Assembly: GCA_043799545.1 (NCBI GenBank)
Contig: JAZDNO010000017.1
Location: forward strand, 1 to 16,918
Direction: 5' to 3'
Source: Methanobacteriota archaeon
GTDB taxonomy: Archaea; Thermoplasmatota; Thermoplasmata; SG8-5; DAIRED01
Length of the DNA: 16,918 nt
The position numbers were made by a program, and so were the translations under genes. Shown here piece by piece: positions 7,288 through 15,672 of this stretch (its first letter is position 1; each line of letters begins with the position of its first letter). Below the pieces are notes generated by a model. That model was not told the DNA's origin. It worked only from the letters and a program-made list of their open reading frames with translations, and ran no database searches.

Positions 7288-8505
7288 ATGGCAAACAAGA
7301 TAAAGGTCAAGACGACGATCGCGGAGATGGACGGAGACGAGATGACCAGGATAATGTGGCAGATGGTTAAAGATAAACTTCTGCTGCCGTACCTGGACAT
7401 GAACCTGGAGTACTACGACCTCGGTCTGAAAAAGAGGGACGAGACGGACGACAAGATAACGACCGACGCCGCCGAAGCGATTAAAAAGTACGGTGTGGGC
7501 GTGAAGTGCGCGACCATCACACCCAACAAAGACCGCATTAAAGAATACAACCTCAAGCAGGAGTGGAAGAGCCCGAACGGGACGATAAGGGCGGCGCTGG
7601 ACGGAACCGTCTTCAGGGCGCCAATCCTCGTGAAGAACATCCCTCCGGGGGTCAAATCATGGAAGAAACCAATCCACATCGGCAGGCACGCCTACGGCGA
7701 CGTGTACAAGAACTGCGAGTTCCGCGTTCCGGACGCTGGAAAGGCAGAGCTCGTCTTCACTGGCAAGGATGGGAAGGAGATGTTCCGCGGCACCATCCAC
7801 GAATTCAAGGGTCCGGGTGTCATCCAGGGAATCCACAACACCGACAAGTCCATCGCCTCGTTCGCTAAAGCCTGCTTCACCTACGCCTACGACATGAAGC
7901 TCAACCTCTGGTTCGGGACAAAGGATACGATTTCCAAGACGTACGACGGGCAGTTCAAGAAGGTGTTCCAAGAGGAATACGAGAAGAACTGGAAGCAGAA
8001 GTTCGCAGACGCGAAGCTGGAATACTTCTTCACCCTCATCGACGACACCATCGCCCGCATCATGAAGGCGGACGGCGGAATGCTATGGGCGTGCAAGAAC
8101 TACGATGGCGACGTGATGAGCGACATGCTCGGCTCGTCGTACGGGTCGCTGGCGATGATGACCTCCGTGCTCGTCAGCCCGAGCGGCTGGTACGAGTTCG
8201 AAGCCTCGCACGGCACTGTCCAGAAGCACTACTACAAGCACCTGAAAGGCGAGAAGACCTCGACGAACTCGATGGCGCTCATCTTCGCCTGGTCCGGATG
8301 CCTGAAGAAGCGTGGGGAGATTGACGGCACGCCTGAAGTGGTCGAATTCGCCAAGAAACTCGAGGCGGCGGCGCTGGAGACCATCGAGGGAGGAATAATG
8401 ACAGCCGACCTCATAAAAATCGCAGACCCCAGCCCGAAGAACAAGCAGGTCAACACAGAGGAGTTCATCGACGCGGTCCATGAGCACCTCAAGAAGAAAC
8501 TATAA
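7288..8505 (+). CDS. icd: Type II (IDH1-like) homodimeric isocitrate dehydrogenase, probably NADP-dependent
   Basis: [60 protein letters not shown] upstream. Confidence 0.95.
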   Translation: MANKIKVKTTIAEMDGDEMTRIMWQMVKDKLLLPYLDMNLEYYDLGLKKRDETDDKITTDAAEAIKKYGVGVKCATITPNKDRIKEYNLKQEWKSPNGTIRAALDGTVFRAPILVKNIPPGVKSWKKPIHIGRHAYGDVYKNCEFRVPDAGKAELVFTGKDGKEMFRGTIHEFKGPGVIQGIHNTDKSIASFAKACFTYAYDMKLNLWFGTKDTISKTYDGQFKKVFQEEYEKNWKQKFADAKLEYFFTLIDDTIARIMKADGGMLWACKNYDGDVMSDMLGSSYGSLAMMTSVLVSPSGWYEFEASHGTVQKHYYKHLKGEKTSTNSMALIFAWSGCLKKRGEIDGTPEVVEFAKKLEAAALETIEGGIMTADLIKIADPSPKNKQVNTEEFIDAVHEHLKKKL

Positions 8506-8517
8506 GAGATGATTTGA

Positions 8518-9828
8518 ATGGCACAGAAGGCAATACGCGAGGCGGACGGCAAGAAGATGATCGCCCGCCTCCTGAAGGAATACAGCGCAGGCAAGCACTC
8601 GGTCGAGGACAAGTTCGTCCCGGTCGGGCCGGAAACCAACCTCGACAAGCTGCCGGGCCAGTACCCGTGGCTGAAGAAGGAGAAGCTCGTCGTCAAGCCC
8701 GACCAGCTCATCAAGCGCAGGGGCAAGAACAAGCTCATCCTCGTCGGCGCCTCGTTCGAAGAGGCGAAGAAGTGGATTAAGGAGAAGAGCAAGGGCCCGA
8801 TGACAATCTACGGCAAGTTCGATGCCAACGGCAAGCCGACCGACAAGGGCACCGTAGGCAAGCTGACCAACTTCATCATCGAGCCGATGGTGCCGCACAA
8901 GGAGTCCGATGAATGCTACGTCGCGATAACGAGCAACAACGACGGCGACTGCATCCTGTTCTACCACCGGGGCGGCGTGAACGTCGGCGACGTCGATGCC
9001 AAGGCATCGAGGCTGCAGGTGAAAATCGGCACGCTCCCGACTGCGGGGGAAATCGAGAAGGTGCTGCTGGGCAAGGTCCCGGCGGACCGCAAGAAACTCG
9101 TCGCGGGATTCATCGAGAGCCTCTTCAAGTTCTACGCGGACCTGAACTTCGCATACCTGGAAATCAACCCCATCGTTGTGACGAAGACCGCGGTGACGCC
9201 GCTGGATTTGGCCGCGAAGCTGGACGACACGGGCGCATTCGAATCCGCCAAGAAGTGGGGCGACATCGACTTCCCGACTCCGTTCGGCAGGACATTGACT
9301 CCGGAGGAGGCGTACATCGAGGAGCTCGATTCGAAAACTGGAGCTTCGCTCAAGCTGACGGTGCTGAACCCGGAGGGGCGCGTCTGGACCATGGTCGCTG
9401 GCGGAGGCGCCTCGGTCATATTCGCGGACACAATCACAGACCTGGGCTACATGTCCGAGATGGCGAACTACGGAGAATACTCGGGCGACCCGAACGAGGA
9501 GTTCACCTACAAGTACGCCAAGACCGTGCTTGATTTGATGACGAGGAAGAAGAACCCGAAGGGGAAGTTCCTCCTCATCGGAGGCGGAATCGCGAACTTC
9601 ACGGACGTGGCCAACACCTTCAAGGGCATCATTCGGGCGCTCACTGAATACAAAACCAAGCTCCAGGAAAACAAGGTGAGGATTTTCGTCCGCAGGGGCG
9701 GCCCGAATTACAAGGAAGGCCTGAGGAACATGAGGGAGGTCGGGGAGAAGCTCGGCGTCCCGATCGAGGTCTACGGCCCTGAAACGCACATGACTCGAAT
9801 CGTCAAGCTCGCGCTGGGGGGAAAGTAA
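8518..9828 (+). CDS. aclB: ATP-citrate lyase, ATP-grasp/citrate-binding subunit (N-terminal half of animal ACLY)
   Basis: KAIREADGK, LVVKPDQLIKRRGK, YLEINP, GASLKLTVLNPEGRVWTMVAGGGASV, ANYGEYSG, IGGGIANFT, RRGGPNY. Confidence 0.95.
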   Translation: MAQKAIREADGKKMIARLLKEYSAGKHSVEDKFVPVGPETNLDKLPGQYPWLKKEKLVVKPDQLIKRRGKNKLILVGASFEEAKKWIKEKSKGPMTIYGKFDANGKPTDKGTVGKLTNFIIEPMVPHKESDECYVAITSNNDGDCILFYHRGGVNVGDVDAKASRLQVKIGTLPTAGEIEKVLLGKVPADRKKLVAGFIESLFKFYADLNFAYLEINPIVVTKTAVTPLDLAAKLDDTGAFESAKKWGDIDFPTPFGRTLTPEEAYIEELDSKTGASLKLTVLNPEGRVWTMVAGGGASVIFADTITDLGYMSEMANYGEYSGDPNEEFTYKYAKTVLDLMTRKKNPKGKFLLIGGGIANFTDVANTFKGIIRALTEYKTKLQENKVRIFVRRGGPNYKEGLRNMREVGEKLGVPIEVYGPETHMTRIVKLALGGK

Positions 9829-11748
9829 ATGGCGAAGGCAAAGAAGGCAGTTGGAAAGAAGGCGACCGAAGCTAAGAACGCCGCACCGAAGACCGCAGCC
9901 GTGAAGCAGCCGGCGAAGAAGCCCGACTACCTGCTTTTCGACAGGAACACGCAGTCGTTCATCTACAACCTGCAGGTCAACGCGGCACAGCGCATGCTCG
10001 ACTTCGACTATGTGGCTGGACGGGAGCTGCCATCCGTCGCTGCGATAGTCAACCCGACCGGCAGCGACAGCTACCAGAAGCTGTTCTACGGACCCAAGGA
10101 GATTTTGGTCCCGGTATACAAGTCCCTGAAGACTGCCGCTGCGAAGTTCCCGAACGTCGACGTGATGATTAACTTCGCGTCGTTCCGGTCGGCGTACCCG
10201 TCTACGATGGAGGCGCTAGCAATCCCGCAGCTTAGGACGATTGTGATAATCGCCGAGGGCGTTCCGGAGCGAAGGATGAAGGAGCTCACGGCAGCGTCGA
10301 AGAAGCTCGGCAAGGTCCTCATCGGCCCCGCGACAGTCGGTGGTATCATGGGCGGTGCGTTCAAAATCGGCAACACCGGCGGGACGATAGAGAACATCAT
10401 CGAGTCCAAGCTGCACATCACTGGCTCGGTGGGCTTCGTGTCCAAGTCGGGCGGATTGAGCAACGAATGCTACAACATCGTCTCCCGAAACACGAACGGA
10501 GTTTACGAGGGCATAGCCATTGGCGGCGACAGGTTCCCTGGCTCCACGCTCATCGAGCACCTCCTAAGGTACGAGAAGAACCCTGATATCAAGATGCTAG
10601 TGTGCCTCGGGGAGGTTGGCGGAAGCGGCGAGTACGAGATAGTCGACGCGCTCAAGAAGAAGAAAATCACAAAGCCACTCGTCATGTGGGTCACGGGCAC
10701 TTGCTCGAAGGCGTTCAAGACCGAGGTCCAGTTCGGCCACGCCGGAGCGAAGGCCGATGCCGAAGCGGAGACCGCTGACGCTAAGAACAAGGCACTCAAG
10801 GCTGCGGGCGCGATAGTACCGGACTCGTTCGACGACTACGACCGGAAGATACGCGAGACGTACGAGAAACTCGTCAAGAAGGGCATCATCAAGCCGAAGC
10901 CGGAGCAGCCTGCGCCGAAGGTGCCGATGGACTACGCGACCGCGATGAAGACCAAGGTAATCCGCAAGCCGACCAACTTCATCTGCACAATCTCCGACGA
11001 CCGCGGCGAGGAGCTGATGTACCGAGACATGGCAATATCCGAGGTCTTCAAGGAGGACATCGGCGTCGGCGGCGTCATCAGCCTGCTGTGGTTCAAGAGG
11101 CGCCTGCCTCCGTACTGCACGAAGTTCATAGAGATGTGCCTCATGGTGACCGCGGACCACGGCCCGGCCGTCTCGGGCGCGCACAACTGCATCGTCACGA
11201 CCCGCGCCGGCAAGGACCTGATTTCGTCCGTGGTCTCGGGAATGCTGACCATCGGCCCCCGCTTCGGCGGCGCGGTCGACGGGGCGGCGCAGATGATGAG
11301 CGCCGCGCTCGACGCGGGCAAGACGCCGAAGCAGTTCATAGACGAGATGAAGGACAAGGGCGCGAACATCCAGGGTATCGGCCACCTCATCAAGTCCATC
11401 CACAACCCGGACATGCGCGTCGAGATAATCAAGGGCTTCGCGAAGAAGAACTTCAAGAAGACGGACGTGCTCGACTACGCGCTGGCTGTGGAGAAGCTGA
11501 CGACAATGAAGCGGGACAACCTCATCCTCAACGTCGACGGCTGCATCGGAGTCTGCTTCGCGGACATGCTGCGCTCGGAGATGCCCAGGGCAGAAGCCGA
11601 CGAGTACATCAAGATGGGCGCATTGAACGCGCTGTTCGTGCTCGGGCGCACGATGGGCATGATAGGCCACCACCTCGACCAGAAGAGGCTCAAGACTGCG
11701 CTGTACAGGCACCCGTGGGACGACATCGCGTACATGCTGGACCAGTAG
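9829..11748 (+). CDS. aclA: ATP-citrate lyase, CoA-binding/phospho-His/citryl-CoA lyase subunit
   Basis: LIGPATVGG, phospho-His QFGHAGA, ADHGPAVSGAHN, IGPRFGGA, NPDMRV, LNVDG, YRHPWDDI. Confidence 0.95.
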   Translation: MAKAKKAVGKKATEAKNAAPKTAAVKQPAKKPDYLLFDRNTQSFIYNLQVNAAQRMLDFDYVAGRELPSVAAIVNPTGSDSYQKLFYGPKEILVPVYKSLKTAAAKFPNVDVMINFASFRSAYPSTMEALAIPQLRTIVIIAEGVPERRMKELTAASKKLGKVLIGPATVGGIMGGAFKIGNTGGTIENIIESKLHITGSVGFVSKSGGLSNECYNIVSRNTNGVYEGIAIGGDRFPGSTLIEHLLRYEKNPDIKMLVCLGEVGGSGEYEIVDALKKKKITKPLVMWVTGTCSKAFKTEVQFGHAGAKADAEAETADAKNKALKAAGAIVPDSFDDYDRKIRETYEKLVKKGIIKPKPEQPAPKVPMDYATAMKTKVIRKPTNFICTISDDRGEELMYRDMAISEVFKEDIGVGGVISLLWFKRRLPPYCTKFIEMCLMVTADHGPAVSGAHNCIVTTRAGKDLISSVVSGMLTIGPRFGGAVDGAAQMMSAALDAGKTPKQFIDEMKDKGANIQGIGHLIKSIHNPDMRVEIIKGFAKKNFKKTDVLDYALAVEKLTTMKRDNLILNVDGCIGVCFADMLRSEMPRAEADEYIKMGALNALFVLGRTMGMIGHHLDQKRLKTALYRHPWDDIAYMLDQ

Positions 11749-11765
11749 AGTGAAAAGAAAAACCC

Positions 11766-11826
11766 TTTAATTTCTCGTTTTTTCTCTACTTTCTATTCTC
11801 GTTCAACAACCACTTTTATGTTTTTT
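11766..11826 (+). terminator. Pyrimidine/T-rich tract, probable terminator of the acn-icd-aclBA operon
   Basis: Multiple T runs (TTTTTT at 11778-11783 and 11821-11826) immediately after the aclA stop; consistent with archaeal oligo-U termination. Confidence 0.55.
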
Positions 11827-11954
11827 GAATCGCGTACAATAGCCTATTTAAGCCGTGCATGGCATATTACTTCCCGGTGGTAATCTGACGCGCATAACGC
11901 AGCGAAAGGGCGCGGATTTCGACGCGTGCAATCATCACCGCGAGGGATAATAAC

Positions 11955-14642
11955 ATGATTGGATGGCGAACAGGCAATGTTTCTGGGAAGGTTCTGGCTT
12001 GCGTAATGGTCGGTTTGTTGTGCATGAACGTGCTCTTGTGTCTCTCATTCATAACCGAAGGAGCCAATCCTGGTGAATTGACCGCGGGAACGCTCCCGCC
12101 TGTGGCGATATTGAAGCAAAGTTACAGGGACACGTATATTGCAGATCTGGTCGGTCAGGAATTGGGATTCAATGCGAACGAATCGTACGATCTGGATGGA
12201 GTGATTACCAATTACTCGTGGAATTTTGGGGACGGGAACATCATCGGTGAATGCTGGGCCAACCACACCTATGCCGTGGCGGGGAATTACACGGTAACGC
12301 TGACCGTAACCGACGACGACGGCATGGTGGGCACAGACACGGCCATCGCGAACATCACCGGCCCGTCGCCCCCCGTCGCTGTAGTTGAACCGGGATTTCA
12401 AGAGATAACCGCATGGACGGCGGCCCATTTCGACGGGAGCCAGTCGCATACCGCTGAGGGAACGATTGTGACATACCAATGGATTTTCGGATTCGCCGAT
12501 TCTGTGACTGGAATCACGGCAAGCCGGACGTACGAAGTCCCGGGGAATTACACGGTCACACTGCGCGTGGAAAACTCGCAGGGGCTGAGCGCGACGGACA
12601 CCTGCTGCGTCAATGTGATACCCGGGCTCCCCCCGCAAGCTATTGCTGACCCCGCTTATCAGACCGCGGGGATAAACGAAACAGTCTCGTTCACTGCCAA
12701 CCGCTCGTACGACCCCGAGAATCTCTTGGGGGAATGTCGGTGGTACTTCGGGGACGACCAGATTTACAATGTCACCGGCGTGTTTGCCACACATAAATAC
12801 ACTATGTCTGGTGATTACTACGTCACGTTAATCGTAGAGGACATCGAAGGAATGTTGGATGTGGATACATGTAGCGTGCACGTCACTGGCACGCAAGCGC
12901 CAAGCGCTCATCCCGAGCCGCATTACCAGGCGGTCCGGGTCAATGAAATGGTCCGATTCAACGGAAGCCTATCTCACGACGCCGATGGCGAGATAGTGGC
13001 GTACAACTGGAACTTCGGCGATAATGCTACAGGTTCGGGAATCACTCCTTTGCATATCTATACGAGTTCTGGCAACTTCACCGTGACCCTAACCGTCGAG
13101 GACAACGACGGATACACAGACACAGTCTCTTGCGCGGTGAACGTCACTGGCACCCGAACCCCGGTCGCCGTGCCCAAGCCTGCAATACAGGAAAAGGCTC
13201 TCGAAGAGGCGGCCATTTTCGACGGCACTCTCTCTTACGATCCAGACGGGCCCATATCGTCGTACCTCTGGAATTTCGGTGACGGGTCTTCCGCCTCGGG
13301 GGCGGTCCAAGCGCATTACTACCAGTCACCTGGAGATTACACCGCGACATTAACCGTCGAGGACAGCGACGGCTTCCTTGGCATCAGTGAGTGCTTGGTG
13401 AAGATAACGGACGCGACCCCACCTGCGATTTCCGACGTGAATGTGGCCTCCGCGCATCCAAACGATAGGGATAGGCTGACAATCTATTGCATAGCTTTGG
13501 ATAACGTGGGGGTGGCTGAATGCACGCTCTCCTACTTGCACAACGGAAGCGCATGGACTACGATACCTATGACGAAGGAAACGACGAATGCCTACAGCGT
13601 CACTGCGGGGCCCGTGAACCAGAGCTTCACATTTTATATTAATGCGACGGATGGAAGCGGAAACACCGCAGTCTACTCTGACCATATCCTGATTGCCAAC
13701 ATCCAGTACGAGGTCAGCGTCGATATATTGCTGTCGGACATCGATTTGAAGCCCGGTTCCACCGTCCGGCTGTCAGGTGTTGTCATAATGAATAGCGCTG
13801 CCAGCATGACTGGTTTGTGGGTCATCGCATCCCTCAACGGCGAAGAGATTCACAGAACAAATGTAAACGTGGACGGGACCTTTGCATTGGAATTCGTCAT
13901 GCCCGAACCTGGGAAAGGGGAAAATCTCATAGAGGTTCTTCTGTTTGACGAGATCAACGGCGTGGCCGTGCCCATCGGATCTGCCGTCATACAAGGCAAG
14001 CAGCCATTCCCGTGGGTCATGGTGGGATTGGCCTCATTCGTGGGGGTATCTGTCGCGCTCGGTCTAATCACCGAGGTCGGAAAATACTGGCTAATACTAC
14101 TGTTCATGCCGCTGTACGCAAAAATGAAAGAAACTACCGAACAGGATATGTACATGCGGGGCAAGATTCATGGATATATCCTGGCAAACCCCGGGGAACA
14201 TTACAATGCAATTAAACGAGCCCTGGATATCAACAACGGCTCCTTAGCGTACCATTTACACCACCTCGAAAAAGAAGGGGGCATCAAGTCCATGAAGTAC
14301 GGAGTCCTCAAACGATTCTATCCGAAGGAGATGCTCGTGCCGAACGCTGGCCCGGACAGCCTTTCCGAAGCGCAGAAGATGATACTTAGGAAAATCAGGG
14401 AAACGCCTGGCATTTCGCAGAAAGACATCGCCGCGCTCCTCGGAATTAGTGCGTCCACGATAAATTACCATGTCGACAGGATGATCGACTTGGCAGTGGT
14501 CCGAAGGGAAAGAAAGGGCATGACGGTGCGGTACTACGAGACTGAATGTGTAAAAAACTGGATTCTGGACTCGTCTCGCGACAGGCAAGCCGGAGAGGAA
14601 GTTCATAAGCCCGAGATTGAGGGCGCGCACCCGGCCGGATAA
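11955..14642 (+). CDS. Transmembrane one-component regulator: signal peptide, 5 PKD repeats, 2 Ig-like domains, TM helix, cytoplasmic double winged-helix HTH
   Basis: Hydrophobic N-terminus; five W.FGD / Y...G.YTVTLTV.D repeats; many N-x-S/T sequons; TM FPWVMVGLASFVGVSVALGLI; then RGKIHGYILANPGEHYNAIKRALDINNGSLAYHLHHLEKEG and LSEAQKMILRKIRETPGISQKDIAALLGISASTINYHV. Confidence 0.88.
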   Translation: MIGWRTGNVSGKVLACVMVGLLCMNVLLCLSFITEGANPGELTAGTLPPVAILKQSYRDTYIADLVGQELGFNANESYDLDGVITNYSWNFGDGNIIGECWANHTYAVAGNYTVTLTVTDDDGMVGTDTAIANITGPSPPVAVVEPGFQEITAWTAAHFDGSQSHTAEGTIVTYQWIFGFADSVTGITASRTYEVPGNYTVTLRVENSQGLSATDTCCVNVIPGLPPQAIADPAYQTAGINETVSFTANRSYDPENLLGECRWYFGDDQIYNVTGVFATHKYTMSGDYYVTLIVEDIEGMLDVDTCSVHVTGTQAPSAHPEPHYQAVRVNEMVRFNGSLSHDADGEIVAYNWNFGDNATGSGITPLHIYTSSGNFTVTLTVEDNDGYTDTVSCAVNVTGTRTPVAVPKPAIQEKALEEAAIFDGTLSYDPDGPISSYLWNFGDGSSASGAVQAHYYQSPGDYTATLTVEDSDGFLGISECLVKITDATPPAISDVNVASAHPNDRDRLTIYCIALDNVGVAECTLSYLHNGSAWTTIPMTKETTNAYSVTAGPVNQSFTFYINATDGSGNTAVYSDHILIANIQYEVSVDILLSDIDLKPGSTVRLSGVVIMNSAASMTGLWVIASLNGEEIHRTNVNVDGTFALEFVMPEPGKGENLIEVLLFDEINGVAVPIGSAVIQGKQPFPWVMVGLASFVGVSVALGLITEVGKYWLILLFMPLYAKMKETTEQDMYMRGKIHGYILANPGEHYNAIKRALDINNGSLAYHLHHLEKEGGIKSMKYGVLKRFYPKEMLVPNAGPDSLSEAQKMILRKIRETPGISQKDIAALLGISASTINYHVDRMIDLAVVRRERKGMTVRYYETECVKNWILDSSRDRQAGEEVHKPEIEGAHPAG
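12093..13412 (+). repeat. Five tandem PKD-domain repeats (about 88 aa each)
   Basis: Recurring P.A...F....S.D..G....Y.W.FG(D)......H.Y...G.Y.VTL.V.D pattern in the translation. Confidence 0.85.
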
Positions 14643-14711
14643 AATGGCTCCGGTAGGCGTTCGTCGGCTAGAGGGCATCGCGTGCATGCTGGACCGGTAG
14701 GGTGAGCACTG

Positions 14712-14785
14712 GAGGTTCGCGACCGAACCTCAAGAGGCTCGCGCACGAGACTCAAAAACCTTTTTACTTTTCCATTTTAATTCCT
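14712..14785 (+). terminator. Hairpins plus T-tracts downstream of the PKD-HTH gene
   Basis: GAGGTTCG(14712-14719)-CGAC-CGAACCTC(14724-14731) and CTCG-CGCA-CGAG (14738-14749), followed by CCTTTTTACTTTTCCATTTT. Confidence 0.5.
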
Positions 14786-14828
14786 TGTTCGGTAGTTCTC
14801 CATTGTTTCCAATCCGCCCAGCGCAACC

Positions 14829-14863
14829 TTTATTACCGCGTTATCCTTGCTTGAGAATATCGC
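14829..14863 (+). promoter_or_regulatory. TATA candidate followed by a ModE-like palindromic operator
   Basis: TTTATTA 14829-14835; GCGTTAT-N12-ATATCGC 14838-14863. The inner 24 bp has the length and end arms of the ModE consensus CGTTATATA-N6-TATATAACG. RBS GAGGT at 14875-14879. Confidence 0.45.
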
Positions 14864-14885
14864 ATGGTTGCGATGAGGTAAAGAT

Positions 14886-15653
14886 ATGGCAAGCAAGACG
14901 ATGATGATAATCGCGGGCGTCGTGGCGATAGCGGTCGCGGTGGCGGCGCTGGCGTACGTCGTGCTCTCGGACAACGAGGACGGCGATGCGGACGTTTCGG
15001 CCACGATAAACGGGACCGAAATCAGCTACGAGGAGATGAAGGACAAACTCGGCACGAAGACCGTCGACGGCAAGGAGGGCATACCAATCAGCGCCCTCGT
15101 GAACGACACTGGCTTGGCGAGCCCCGAGACGTTCGCGTACGTGCTGGAGGCCACCGACGGCTACGCCATGGCTGTCAACTGGACGGTCATGCAGAAGGGC
15201 ATCGTGACGCTCGTCACCGAGACGGACGAGGACACGGGAAACGAAGCGATCTACCTGATGACCGTCTTCCCCGACCTGCCCTCGGCGTACAAGGTGAAGA
15301 ACCTGGCAAGCATTGACAACCTGGAGCTCACCCCAATCGCCTGCAACGGCCTCGAGTACTACCTGGACTACATGCCCAAGAAGGTCGGGGAGAAGACAGT
15401 AGTTTACAACGAGACCTATTCGGTCACGGGCTGGTCGCTCAGCGACATGGTGAACTACACAGGTCTGGCGAACCCGGAGAGCCACGAGTACACGATATTT
15501 GCCAGCGACGGCTACAACAAGACGGTCGACTGGTCCGGCATGATGGGCGGCGTTATCTTGGACGAGAACATGAAGACCGTCTTCGGCAGCGACACCGGAT
15601 ATGCCAAGAAGGGCTACATGGTCAAGAACGTGGTTGAAATAGTCGTTGTTTAA
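14886..15653 (+). CDS. Membrane-anchored acidic extracellular protein with two internal repeats resembling the molybdopterin-oxidoreductase (sulfite oxidase/MsrP-like) fold
   Basis: N-terminal TM anchor. Repeats LVNDTGLASPETFAYVLEATDGYAMAVNW..YKVKNLASI and MVNYTGLANPESHEYTIFASDGYNKTVDW..YMVKNVVEI match the L..L...G....V...A.DGY / VK.V..I pattern. The CDS is solid; the fold call is tentative. Confidence 0.7.
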   Translation: MASKTMMIIAGVVAIAVAVAALAYVVLSDNEDGDADVSATINGTEISYEEMKDKLGTKTVDGKEGIPISALVNDTGLASPETFAYVLEATDGYAMAVNWTVMQKGIVTLVTETDEDTGNEAIYLMTVFPDLPSAYKVKNLASIDNLELTPIACNGLEYYLDYMPKKVGEKTVVYNETYSVTGWSLSDMVNYTGLANPESHEYTIFASDGYNKTVDWSGMMGGVILDENMKTVFGSDTGYAKKGYMVKNVVEIVVV

Positions 15654-15672
15654 ACCGATTCGGGCGCGCTCC

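Noticed and set aside
9826-9828. Selenocysteine or pyrrolysine read-through between aclB and aclA
   Set aside because: The stop is TAA, which is not recoded to Sec or Pyl, and aclA has its own RBS.
1092-11753. Long antisense or alternate-frame ORFs (e.g. 1092-1994, 1235-2716, 3031-3816, 4471-5217, 5792-6520, 8500-9789, 10597-11712, 11088-11753)
   Set aside because: Shadow ORFs expected from high GC3 bias. They overlap well-supported genes and show no recognisable motifs.
473-14756. Shared GAGACTCAAA at 473-482 and 14747-14756 suggesting a dispersed repeat or element ends
   Set aside because: Only 10 bp match, the flanks do not align, and there is no transposase or target-site duplication; compatible with chance.
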